This document shows positions 39,551-48,453 of a stretch of DNA of 64,000 bases, piece by piece. Location of the stretch: positions 1,029 through 65,028 of the forward strand of contig CANQUS010000009.1 in the NCBI GenBank assembly GCA_947627055.1. Direction: 5' to 3'. The position numbers and the translations under genes were made by a program. The notes beneath the pieces were generated by a model. The model did not search any database. It worked only from the letters and a program-made list of their open reading frames with translations, and was not told the DNA's origin. How positions within the stretch are numbered: position 1 is the first letter of the stretch; every line of letters starts with the position of its first letter. The stretch is from an uncultured Clostridia bacterium (GTDB taxonomy: Bacteria > Bacillota > Clostridia > Oscillospirales > Acutalibacteraceae).

Positions 39551-40663
39551 ATGTACAAGACAAAAAAAGTATTGAGCGTTGCTATTGCCGGCGCTACAGT
39601 CGCATCTCTTGTTGCTGCTTCCGCTGCTGTCGCTGACGCGGTATACGAAAACTTCAATAAGGAAGGCGCAACATATGGCGTTATCGGCGATTTGACAGAA
39701 TGGTCAACCGATATTCCTATGGCTGACGATGACGGTGACGGCATTTACACAGCTCAGGTTTCTGTTCCCGAGGCAGGCGGAAAATACAAGGTTCGTGCTA
39801 ACGCTGACTGGGCATACAGCTGGGGTGCTGTCAACGCGGACGGCGTAACGGCGAACAGCCAGGACAACTGTGTATTTGCAGAGGAAGAGTATGGCACTGA
39901 CGTAACAGTTTATTTCGACACACGCGGCAATGTTGACTATTGGACTGTCAGCACAACAGATCCGTCAGGTTCCGATCCTTATGCTCCTACAGAACCATCA
40001 GATCCTACTGACCCGTCCACAGAGCCTTCAAAAGAGCCTTCTGTTCCCGCAGGCAAGTACGCTGCAGAGCGTGAGGCTGCTATAGCACAGCTCGGCGGCG
40101 AGGATAAGCTTGCTAACTACTACTTCTTTGACAACAGTGAGACATTGTGGGGTCAGGTCGGCGCTTACTGGTGGACACCTGCCGAGAACGCTCCGTGGCC
40201 GGGTGCTGCAGCTACTCAGATCGAGGGTACAAACATCTGGGCTATCGAGTACAATCCCGAAACAACAGCTATCATCTTCAACAACCTCGTATCCGATGCT
40301 GATTACAGCACTCAGAATCCTAAGGCACAGACAGTTGACGCTGCCACTCCGGCTGAAGCGGGCATGATCTACGTTCCCGATATGTCAACAGAGGAAGTTA
40401 CCGAGGAGGGCGCTGTTAAGAAGTATGACGGCTCATGGGTAACATTCGAGGGTAAAGTTGTCGAAGAGCCTAGTTCTGAACCCAGCAACAACTCCAAGAA
40501 TCCCGAGAGCAGCAACAAGCCAGAGAGCAATCCTTCTAAAGGCAAAGATAACGGCAAGGGTGTCTCTACAGGTGACTCTGCTCCGATAGCTATCGCGGCA
40601 GTATTTGCGGCGGCAGCTCTCACAGCGGTTGTTCTCACAAAGAAGAAGGTTTCTTCTAAGTAA
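39551..40663 (+). CDS. secreted starch-binding surface protein (CBM25/26-like module plus N-terminal beta-sandwich)
   Basis: Signal peptide, then GDLTEWS...GKYKVRANADWAYSWG, then VGAYWWTP...PWPGAAATQIEG...AIIFNN...QT (CBM26-like pattern). The C-terminus is VSTGDS-TM-KKK. Confidence 0.7.
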   Translation: MYKTKKVLSVAIAGATVASLVAASAAVADAVYENFNKEGATYGVIGDLTEWSTDIPMADDDGDGIYTAQVSVPEAGGKYKVRANADWAYSWGAVNADGVTANSQDNCVFAEEEYGTDVTVYFDTRGNVDYWTVSTTDPSGSDPYAPTEPSDPTDPSTEPSKEPSVPAGKYAAEREAAIAQLGGEDKLANYYFFDNSETLWGQVGAYWWTPAENAPWPGAAATQIEGTNIWAIEYNPETTAIIFNNLVSDADYSTQNPKAQTVDAATPAEAGMIYVPDMSTEEVTEEGAVKKYDGSWVTFEGKVVEEPSSEPSNNSKNPESSNKPESNPSKGKDNGKGVSTGDSAPIAIAAVFAAAALTAVVLTKKKVSSK

Positions 40664-40696
40664 TTCTCTGGGCAATTTTTAATCAAAATAATTTTG

Positions 40697-40726
40697 AGCC
40701 TCCGCTTTTTTGCGGGGGCTTTTTTG
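40697..40726 (+). terminator. rho-independent terminator
   Basis: agcctccgc / gcgggggct followed by ttttt. Confidence 0.75.
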
Positions 40727-40862
40727 CGGATAGTGTCCGGGTCGAGTGCCTGCTAAAGTTCTTTAAAAAAACCTTCGCATGATTTGTATAAAATTGACAA
40801 TTAAATTTTGCGTTTTTTCACATCTTTTATAGCTATCAGATAATTTTTTTTTGATATACCTC

Positions 40863-40891
40863 TTGATTTTTCGATAATTTCATAGTATAAT
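40863..40891 (+). promoter_or_regulatory. sigma-A type promoter for the second starch-binding gene
   Basis: TTGATT, 17-nt spacer, TATAAT. The leader contains the palindrome ctcatatgag. Confidence 0.6.
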
Positions 40892-40955
40892 CTAATCAAT
40901 GAATTTCTCATATGAGGAATTACAAAATTTTTTAATACTTAGGAGGAAATCCACA

Positions 40956-41651
40956 ATGAAGAAAATTTTTAGCGTTATCTTCGCGGCAGCTATTGTAGCT
41001 ACAATGTTTGTAGTTGGCGCTGTCAGCACATCCGCAGCAGACAAGATCACAGTCTACTTTGAGATCCCCAGCACTGAGATAACAGACAAGCTCGAGTATG
41101 ACGAGTGGGGCGAGAATGTTTGCGTACACTACTGGAAGCCCGATGACGACAGCTGGTCAGAGGCTACAACATGGCCCGGCGTAGCTGCTGAAGTAACTGA
41201 TGGTGTAGCTAAGGCAACTATTCCTGCAGAGGCAGGCGGTCTTATCTTCAACAACGCTGCTGAGGGCGGTAGTGCAAGCGTTCAGACAGCTGACATCACA
41301 GAGATCGTTGACGGTGACATTTACAGACTCACAGGCGAGACTGCTGAAAACCCTGTAGACAGCGAAAAGACAGTTGCTGTTGTTGCTCATGAGCATTATG
41401 CAGCTGCTGACGCCACAGAAAGCACAGAAACTACAGAAAGCACAGAAAGCACAGAAACTACAGAAAGCACTGAAACTACAACAAGCACAGAAACTGCAGA
41501 AAGCACTGCCACAGGCACAGACAACGCTGCTTCCGATTCAGCTCCTGTTCAGACAGGTGACTCATCTGCAGCATGGGTTCTCATCGCTGTAGTTGCTGCT
41601 TCTCTCGGCACAGCTGTTGTTATGACAAAAAAAGCTTCTGCTAAGGACTAA
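40956..41651 (+). CDS. secreted starch-binding surface protein (single CBM25/26-like module)
   Basis: Start MKKIFSV after TAGGAGG, then VCVHYWKP...TTWPGVAAEV...GLIFNN...VQTADI. A TESTE-type linker follows, and the C-terminus is VQTGDS-TM-KK. Confidence 0.7.
   Translation: MKKIFSVIFAAAIVATMFVVGAVSTSAADKITVYFEIPSTEITDKLEYDEWGENVCVHYWKPDDDSWSEATTWPGVAAEVTDGVAKATIPAEAGGLIFNNAAEGGSASVQTADITEIVDGDIYRLTGETAENPVDSEKTVAVVAHEHYAAADATESTETTESTESTETTESTETTTSTETAESTATGTDNAASDSAPVQTGDSSAAWVLIAVVAASLGTAVVMTKKASAKD
41415..41508 (+). repeat. in-frame tandem 9/18-nt coding repeat (T-E-S-T-E-T linker)
   Basis: acagaaagc / acagaaact units repeated about 10 times. Confidence 0.8.
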
Positions 41652-41690
41652 TTTTTGAAGTCATCGCTTAATAGTTTAATTGAAACGATC

Positions 41691-41727
41691 AAGACCGTTC
41701 CTGCTTTTGGGCAGGACGGTCTTTTTA
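41691..41727 (+). terminator. rho-independent terminator
   Basis: aagaccgttcctgc / gcaggacggtctt followed by ttt. Confidence 0.8.
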
Positions 41728-41865
41728 TTACGATATTATATATATTTTTATATATTTTTTGTCTTTTGTAAAAGACTTTTTCCAAAAACACAAAAAAAGA
41801 CTATACAAAACTATTTTTTTTATGTATAATATAGAAGAAATACAATAGTTGCGGAGGTCGCGACA

Positions 41866-42225
41866 ATGACAGATGAGCAAAAAAAGCTTATGCAAGATAA
41901 GGGGATCAATGTAAATGACGCCATTGCACGTTTCGGAGGAAATGTGGATCTGTATTTGAAATATTTTCGTGCATTTCCTGATGATGATACATACAAAAAA
42001 TTTAAGGAATCATTCAAGGTCGATAAGCTGTGGCAATCGCGAAATTTTCTTGTTACATTAGTAGGCATTGTCGGTAATCTTGGGTTTACTCAAATGTATG
42101 AGGATACAAGGGATCTTATTAAAACGGTAAAAAACGGAAATGCAAGTGACGCGCTCTCCGCGATCGAAAGATTAGATACAAACTATAATGAAATCGTAGA
42201 CTTCATTCGGGGGTCAGGTATATAG
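41866..42225 (+). CDS. Hpt-like four-helix protein lacking any histidine
   Basis: 119-aa ORF with an Hpt-type pattern: ARFGGNVDLYLKYFRAF ... VTLVGIVGNLG, where Hpt domains have HxLKGxxxNLG. The protein has no His residue at all. Confidence 0.6.
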   Translation: MTDEQKKLMQDKGINVNDAIARFGGNVDLYLKYFRAFPDDDTYKKFKESFKVDKLWQSRNFLVTLVGIVGNLGFTQMYEDTRDLIKTVKNGNASDALSAIERLDTNYNEIVDFIRGSGI

Positions 42226-42237
42226 GAGGTGGAAACA

Positions 42238-45200
42238 ATGTCAAGTCGCAACACTGTTTTGATCGTTGACGATATAGAAATGAACAGGGCGATCCTTCGT
42301 GAGATTCTGAAGGATAAGTATGATATTATCGAGGCGGACAACGGGGATGACGCTATCGCACTCGCTGAGAAAAACATAGACAAAATAAACGTTATCCTGC
42401 TCGACGATCTGATGCCGCAAAAGGATGGTATAAAAACAATCAATGAGCTTAAAGAATTTGGGGTCACAAATATTATCCCTACTATTTTGATGAGCGCGGA
42501 TTTAGACGCCGACTATATTGCCAACAGCCATGAGCTTGGCGCGTCCGATATTATAGAGAAGCCATTTGACCCCAATGCGGTCATTCGCCGTGTCGACAAC
42601 CTCGTCGAACTATATGAGCAGAAATATAAACTTGAGCAGCTTCTCAAGAAGCAGGCTACCTTTCTGATGCAGCAAAGTGAAAAGATCAGCAGGCAGCAGG
42701 AGATCATCAGCAATATGAACAACACCATGCTCGATACCTTGAGCACGATCATTGAATACCGTGACGTAGAAAGCGGCAAACACGTTCATCGCATCAGGAA
42801 GTTTACCGAGATACTCTTGCGCGTAGTGGCGGAGAAATGCCCGGAGTATAATTTGACAGAGAGTAAAATAAACCTCATTGTTTCTGCCTCGTCGGTGCAT
42901 GATATAGGCAAGATAGCTATTCCCGACTCTATCCTGCTCGCTCCGAGGAGACTTACATATGATGAGTTCCGAATCATGAAGGAGCATACGACCAAGGGCA
43001 GCGAAATACTTAATCTTCTCGACCTGCCTGAGAAAAGCGAATATTTCCAGTATTGCTATGACATATGCCGCTATCATCATGAGAAGTGGGACGGTATGGG
43101 CTATCCCGATGGTTTGCGCGGCGATGATATTCCCATATGGGCGCAGGTCGTATCGGTTGCAGACTGCTATGATGCCCTGACAAGTGACCGACCGTATAAG
43201 GCGGGCATACCTCACGCAAAGGCTGCCGAAATGATAAAGACAGGCGCGTGCGGCTGCTTTTCCGATAAACTCATGGAGTGCTTTACGCTTGTCCTGCCAC
43301 AATTCGAGCTTCTTGCAAAGACGTATGCCGATACCGCCCATATTGACAAGGACAAACAGACGAAAAATTCGCTCAACGCAGCAAATAATATGGTCAAAAG
43401 AAATTTCACAGACACAGCCATGAGCATATATGCCAATATGAGCCGTGAGGAGCTTATAGGTGCGCTCGAGCGTCAGAAGCAGGTCGCAAAGGAAACTCAC
43501 GAACGTGACTGCCAGATCTTTTACAGAATAAATGACTTGGTGTTTGAGTGTGACTTAAAGCATGACAACTTTTATGTCAGAAAAGGCAACTGGGAAAACA
43601 TGTATAATTATTTTCCGAAGAATTATACCGAGGCTGTCTCTATGATAGCATCATCCTGTCACCCGGATGATGTAGTCGCCTTTAATAAGATGTTTAGATT
43701 GAGCAATGTCAAGAGGGCCGTCGAAACAGGCAAGGAAAAGCTCGAGTTTGACGGCAGGTTTATAAAAGGAAATAATGCCTACAAATGGTATCGCTGTATT
43801 TTAATACCCTTTTGTGAGGACGGAGTATTGAGAAAGCTATATTGCTGTGCGTCAAAAATCAGCGAGAAAAACGCCGAAAGCAGCGATGACAGATATAAAG
43901 ACCAGCATGACGGGCTTACAGGGCTGTGGAATGTTGATTATCTGAAAAAAGCAGTTGACGATTACCTCTTAAACGCCGGCAAGGACGGTATGCACGTCCT
44001 TATAAATATTGATGTTGACGACTTCAAGGCGCTCAGCTTCGCGACCAGCACTACATTTGGAGATGAGGTGCTGTGCAGGATCGCCGACAAACTGCGGACA
44101 CATTTCACAGGAGATTCGGTTATAGCGCGTACAGATTCCGACGGCTTCGCGGTGTTCGTTCGAGACTGCTTTGATGTGAGGAATGTCCTGTTATCTGTCG
44201 AAAGCCTGTATGAATCAATGCATATGTCGTTTGACTACCTGCTGACAAAGCACAATGTTTCTGTCAGCATGGGTGTTGCACAGTATCCCAAAGATGGCAC
44301 GAACTTCACTGAGCTTATGAATAACGCTGACTTTGCGACGGAAATGGCAAAGCTCCGCGGAAAGAATATGTACCTTTTCTACCATAATGATATGAGAAAA
44401 TTCTTTGACGAGAGGCCCGTACTTTCTCTCATTTCTGACAATGAAAAGGTAGATATATATAATTTTAAAAGGGTCTTTATTCCCGTTTTGGACGCGGGTA
44501 CCAATCGCATTGCATCATATGATTATCTTGAACTGCCAAACACCGACATTCAATATTCAGCAGAGGATCTGTGCGAGATGCTGAGTGTTGCAGATAATGC
44601 TACCGTACTCGGCATTAACTGCATTAAAAGGCTTTTTGCGGATCTATATGAGCTTGAGCAGGAGTGCGGAGAGCTGCCTGAAATTACGCTGTATACTCTG
44701 TTCAAGGGCGCCGACGTACCGACCATTCTGAAAACTATCTCCGACATATTAGAGGTGCATCCGATAGACTGCGGCAAAATAACTATAAATATAATTCAGA
44801 ATATGCTCAACACAATGAGCTACCGTCAGCTTACTAATTTTTCGGACGAGATACATATGTTCGGTTTCAAGCTGGGTATCTATTCTGTTGGGACAGAGTA
44901 TATGAACGTCAAATGCTTTGCCGATAAGCTCTTTGATTCTGTTGAACTGTCCGCCAACCTAATAAACAGCGTCATATACGGCTATTATCCGAACAGGCTT
45001 CTCCGCGATCTATTAAGGTACTTTAGCGCGAGCGGTATGACAGTTCGTCTCTCTAAGGATCTCTCGGCAACGACTGTTGAGTCGGTTCGCAAGTTCTGTA
45101 ATGAAGAATTTCACTATCACACATCTATGGCGCTCACGATCGACAAGCTTCGCACCGAAATGGAGTTGTCAAAGAATATCCCGACGACGCCAATATTGAG

Positions 45201-46155
45201 CCACGAGAAATATGAACTTGCACTTACCCATGATATGTACAACGAGATCATGATGGAAATGAAGTGCGTAGTATTTCGTTGGCAGATAAAGAATGACAAG
45301 ATATGGTTTTCGGGATCCTTTAAAGAAATATATGGATGCGAACCGCCGACGGAAAACCTCATAGAATTTGTCAAAACCACCGATCTGGTACATAACGAGG
45401 ACAGGGAAAAGTATATTGATCATCTGCTCGCGGCAAAGTCCGGATGCCGCAGCGGAGAGTGCTTCGTTAGACTCAAAAAACCAGGTGTTGACGATAATTA
45501 CCGATGGAGCAAGATAAGGCTTAACTGCGTTACGGATGAATACGGAGTACCCGATTCTATCGTTGGCTCTGACACCGATATTGACGATGAAAGGCGTGAG
45601 CATGAAAATTTAAAGGGCTTTGCACGTCATGACTTTTTGACACAGCTTTTGAATCGCCGTTCGCTAAAGGCGGAAATTGATGAATTTCTTCAAACAAGTG
45701 AGGCTGAGTGCGGAGTACACGCCTTTATGATAGTAGACATTGACAATTTCAAGAATGTGTACGATGAAATGGGGCAGGTTTTTGCCGACACGGTCCTAAA
45801 GGATATAACGGAAAGGCTCAAAAAGCTGTTCTGCGAGCGGGATATTATCGGCAGAGTAGGCAGAGATCAGTTTGTCATATTCATAAAGAATATTGAGAGC
45901 GACGGTATACTTCCCAAGCGCGCCGAAAGCATATGCGAAATTCTTAACCGCGAATATGAATCGGGCGAAAATCACGCGTCCGTGTCGGGCAGTGTGGGCA
46001 TCTCAATGTATCCGCAGGATGGAGCCTCCTATGACGAGCTTTACGCGAACTCAAGTCTGGCATTGTTTTCGATAAAGCACAAGGGCAAAAACAGTTGGCT
46101 CTTCTATAATCGTAAGCTTTTCCGCGATGATATAGAGGAAAATGACGATAAATAA
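42238..46155 (+). CDS. multidomain response regulator: REC, HD-GYP, PAS-like, degenerate GGDEF, degenerate EAL, PAS-like, degenerate GGDEF
   Basis: - REC: VDD...ILLDDLMP...EKP.
- HD-GYP: HVHRI...VHDIGK...HHEKWDGMGYPDGL.
- GGDEF motifs are replaced by DSDGF and GRDQF.
- EAL signature residues are not conserved.
- ATG 42238 lies after TAGGAGG; the track ORF starts at GTG 42229. Confidence 0.8.
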   Translation: MSSRNTVLIVDDIEMNRAILREILKDKYDIIEADNGDDAIALAEKNIDKINVILLDDLMPQKDGIKTINELKEFGVTNIIPTILMSADLDADYIANSHELGASDIIEKPFDPNAVIRRVDNLVELYEQKYKLEQLLKKQATFLMQQSEKISRQQEIISNMNNTMLDTLSTIIEYRDVESGKHVHRIRKFTEILLRVVAEKCPEYNLTESKINLIVSASSVHDIGKIAIPDSILLAPRRLTYDEFRIMKEHTTKGSEILNLLDLPEKSEYFQYCYDICRYHHEKWDGMGYPDGLRGDDIPIWAQVVSVADCYDALTSDRPYKAGIPHAKAAEMIKTGACGCFSDKLMECFTLVLPQFELLAKTYADTAHIDKDKQTKNSLNAANNMVKRNFTDTAMSIYANMSREELIGALERQKQVAKETHERDCQIFYRINDLVFECDLKHDNFYVRKGNWENMYNYFPKNYTEAVSMIASSCHPDDVVAFNKMFRLSNVKRAVETGKEKLEFDGRFIKGNNAYKWYRCILIPFCEDGVLRKLYCCASKISEKNAESSDDRYKDQHDGLTGLWNVDYLKKAVDDYLLNAGKDGMHVLINIDVDDFKALSFATSTTFGDEVLCRIADKLRTHFTGDSVIARTDSDGFAVFVRDCFDVRNVLLSVESLYESMHMSFDYLLTKHNVSVSMGVAQYPKDGTNFTELMNNADFATEMAKLRGKNMYLFYHNDMRKFFDERPVLSLISDNEKVDIYNFKRVFIPVLDAGTNRIASYDYLELPNTDIQYSAEDLCEMLSVADNATVLGINCIKRLFADLYELEQECGELPEITLYTLFKGADVPTILKTISDILEVHPIDCGKITINIIQNMLNTMSYRQLTNFSDEIHMFGFKLGIYSVGTEYMNVKCFADKLFDSVELSANLINSVIYGYYPNRLLRDLLRYFSASGMTVRLSKDLSATTVESVRKFCNEEFHYHTSMALTIDKLRTEMELSKNIPTTPILSHEKYELALTHDMYNEIMMEMKCVVFRWQIKNDKIWFSGSFKEIYGCEPPTENLIEFVKTTDLVHNEDREKYIDHLLAAKSGCRSGECFVRLKKPGVDDNYRWSKIRLNCVTDEYGVPDSIVGSDTDIDDERREHENLKGFARHDFLTQLLNRRSLKAEIDEFLQTSEAECGVHAFMIVDIDNFKNVYDEMGQVFADTVLKDITERLKKLFCERDIIGRVGRDQFVIFIKNIESDGILPKRAESICEILNREYESGENHASVSGSVGISMYPQDGASYDELYANSSLALFSIKHKGKNSWLFYNRKLFRDDIEENDDK

Positions 46156-46170
46156 TAAATTCAGTCTTAA

Positions 46171-46211
46171 AAAATGCTCCCTGACCTTTTCAGTCTTTGG
46201 GAGCATTTTTT
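46171..46211 (+). terminator. rho-independent terminator
   Basis: aaaatgctccc / gggagcatttt followed by tt. Confidence 0.75.
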
Positions 46212-46231
46212 AAGTAATTCTAATAAAATTC

Positions 46232-46260
46232 TTGACAAATTCGTTAAAGCATAATATAAT
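46232..46260 (+). promoter_or_regulatory. consensus sigma-A promoter for cysK
   Basis: TTGACA (46232-46237), 17-nt spacer, TATAAT (46255-46260). A leader of about 130 nt precedes the ATG. Confidence 0.7.
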
Positions 46261-46395
46261 GTAAGCATGGTAAACATATTAAATATATATGAAATATAGG
46301 ATAAGCTGTGTAGGAGTACCCTATGCGCGACACCCGCCAAATTTTAGATGTTGACCTTAAAACGAAATTACTTTATGAAAAGGAGATATTTTGAT

Positions 46396-47322
46396 ATGGC
46401 TAAAATAGCGCAAAAGCTTACAGACCTGATAGGAAACACACCGCTCCTTGAGATCACAAACTATGAGAAGAAAAATGGACTTGAAGCAAAGCTCATTGCA
46501 AAGCTCGAATACTTTAACCCCCTTGGAAGCGTCAAGGACAGAGTCGCTTTCGCAATGATAGAGCAGGGTATCGCCGACGGAAAGATTAACAAGGATACCG
46601 TTATCATCGAGCCTACAAGCGGAAATACGGGTATCGGGCTTGCTTTTGTTGCGGCGTCTAAGGGACTTCATCTTATTCTTACGATGCCCGACACCATGAG
46701 CATTGAAAGGAGAAAGATAGTTTCTGCTCTCGGCGCAGAGGTCGTCCTCACCCCAGGAGCAGAGGGAATGAAGGGCGCTATCGCTAAAGCAAATGCTCTA
46801 GTAGAAGAATACGGAAACGCTATCATTCCTCAGCAGTTTGAGAATACGGCTAATCCAGAAATTCACCGCAAAACTACTGCCGAGGAAATATGGGCTGATA
46901 CAGACGGAAAGGTTGACATTTTTGTTGCGGGCGTAGGCACAGGCGGCACTGTTACCGGCAACGGAGAGGTGCTGAAAGCGAGAAATCCTGAAATCAAGAT
47001 CGTTGCGGTAGAGCCCGAAAGCTCACCTGTCCTCTCCGGTGGAAAGCCCGGACCACATAAAATACAGGGTATAGGCGCGGGCTTTGTTCCGAGCGTCATG
47101 AATCTCGATATAGTTGATGAGATCATAAAGGTTGCGAACGAGGACGCCTTTGAGGGTGCGAGAGCTGTAGCCAAGAGCGACGGGCTTCTTGTCGGTATAT
47201 CATCGGGCGCGGCTATTCATGCCGCCACTGTTCTCGCAAAGCGTCCCGAAAACCATGGAAAGAATATAGTGGTGCTGCTCCCGGATACAGGTGAAAGGTA
47301 TCTCTCTACGGCATTGTTTTAA
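46396..47322 (+). CDS. cysK: cysteine synthase A (O-acetylserine sulfhydrylase)
   Basis: [23 protein letters not shown] lysine NPLGSVKDR and TSGNTG loop. ATG 46396 lies after AAAGGAG. Confidence 0.92.
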   Translation: MAKIAQKLTDLIGNTPLLEITNYEKKNGLEAKLIAKLEYFNPLGSVKDRVAFAMIEQGIADGKINKDTVIIEPTSGNTGIGLAFVAASKGLHLILTMPDTMSIERRKIVSALGAEVVLTPGAEGMKGAIAKANALVEEYGNAIIPQQFENTANPEIHRKTTAEEIWADTDGKVDIFVAGVGTGGTVTGNGEVLKARNPEIKIVAVEPESSPVLSGGKPGPHKIQGIGAGFVPSVMNLDIVDEIIKVANEDAFEGARAVAKSDGLLVGISSGAAIHAATVLAKRPENHGKNIVVLLPDTGERYLSTALF

Positions 47323-47363
47323 TATATAAATATGAATATTGATTCATATTTAGGATAAAAATA

Positions 47364-47414
47364 TCCCGACGGTTTTGAACTGCTCACAGTTTTATGCTCC
47401 GTCGGGACTTTTTA
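47364..47414. terminator. bidirectional terminator between convergent cysK and pyrF
   Basis: tcccgacgg / ccgtcggga with A/T runs on both sides. The loop is long, at about 26 nt. Confidence 0.55.
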
Positions 47415-47421
47415 TTATATA

Positions 47422-48354
47422 TCAAGCCTTGATTTCTCCAATATAGGAAACTATCTCATCTCTCATTCTGACAGCCTCACGTCTTGCGGCTGCGGCAAAA
47501 TCCTTTTCATCACAGCCTTCTCTCTTGTAGGCACACATAATTCCTCTTGACGAATTGATTATTGCGCCTAAGCCGTTTTTGTCAAATGCGGGTGCAACGT
47601 CCTTTGCACCGCCGCCCTGCGCACCATATCCGGGAACAAGGAAGAATGTGTGCGTGAGGGCTGCTCTTAACTCGCCGAGCTGTTCAGGATATGTTGCACC
47701 GACAACAGATCCGACAGCCGAGTAACCGTATTTTCCGAGAAGCTCATCTCCCCATTTTTCGCACATATTTCCCATTGTAAGATAAATAGTTTCCCCTCCC
47801 GCAAGTTCACGATCTTGAAGCTCTCCCGAGGATGGGTTTGAGGTCTTGACAAGAACGAATATGCCCTTGTCGTGTTCAGCACAAATATTAAGCAGCGGTT
47901 TAATACCGTCGGTACCGAGATAACCGTTCACTGTCAGAGCATCCGCGCCGAATGCTTCGAACTGCTCACCCTCAATATCAGTAGAGCCGAGATGTGCCTT
48001 CGCATACGCTTCCATTGTCGTACCGATGTCGTTACGTTTGCCGTCGGTTATGACGAACATACCCTTTTGTTTTGCGTACTCTATTGTCTGACAAAGTGCG
48101 CGTACTCCCTGCCAGCCGTACATTTCATAGTACGCCGCCTGTGGCTTAACTGCCGGAACTATATCACAGAGAGCGTCTATAAGCTCCCTGTTAAAGCTGA
48201 ACAGAGCCGCCGCCGCTCCATCAAGACCTTTGCCGTATTTTGAATACGCTTCATCCTTTATATATTGTGGGATGAAGTCAAGCTTTGGGTCAAGTCCCGC
48301 AACAGTAGGATTTTGTGTTTTTATGATCCCGTCAATTAGTCTGTCAAATGACAT
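47422..48354 (-). CDS. pyrF: orotidine 5'-phosphate decarboxylase (type 2)
   Basis: 310-aa ORF with VAGLDPK...KPQAAYYE...ITDGKRNDIGTT. Confidence 0.85.
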   Translation of the reverse strand: MSFDRLIDGIIKTQNPTVAGLDPKLDFIPQYIKDEAYSKYGKGLDGAAAALFSFNRELIDALCDIVPAVKPQAAYYEMYGWQGVRALCQTIEYAKQKGMFVITDGKRNDIGTTMEAYAKAHLGSTDIEGEQFEAFGADALTVNGYLGTDGIKPLLNICAEHDKGIFVLVKTSNPSSGELQDRELAGGETIYLTMGNMCEKWGDELLGKYGYSAVGSVVGATYPEQLGELRAALTHTFFLVPGYGAQGGGAKDVAPAFDKNGLGAIINSSRGIMCAYKREGCDEKDFAAAARREAVRMRDEIVSYIGEIKA

Positions 48355-48453
48355 CGTGATAACCTCCGTAAACTTTATTTTAAAAAGCGTTGATAAAATA
48401 TTACGCGCTGAACATATTAAGCCGTTGTGCGTTATTTATTCAGCGACTTCTTA

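Noticed and set aside
42610-43500. 296-aa ORF antisense to the HD-GYP region of the 1308-aa gene
   Set aside because: The sense frame carries clear HD-GYP motifs. The antisense product has no motif or RBS that I could see.
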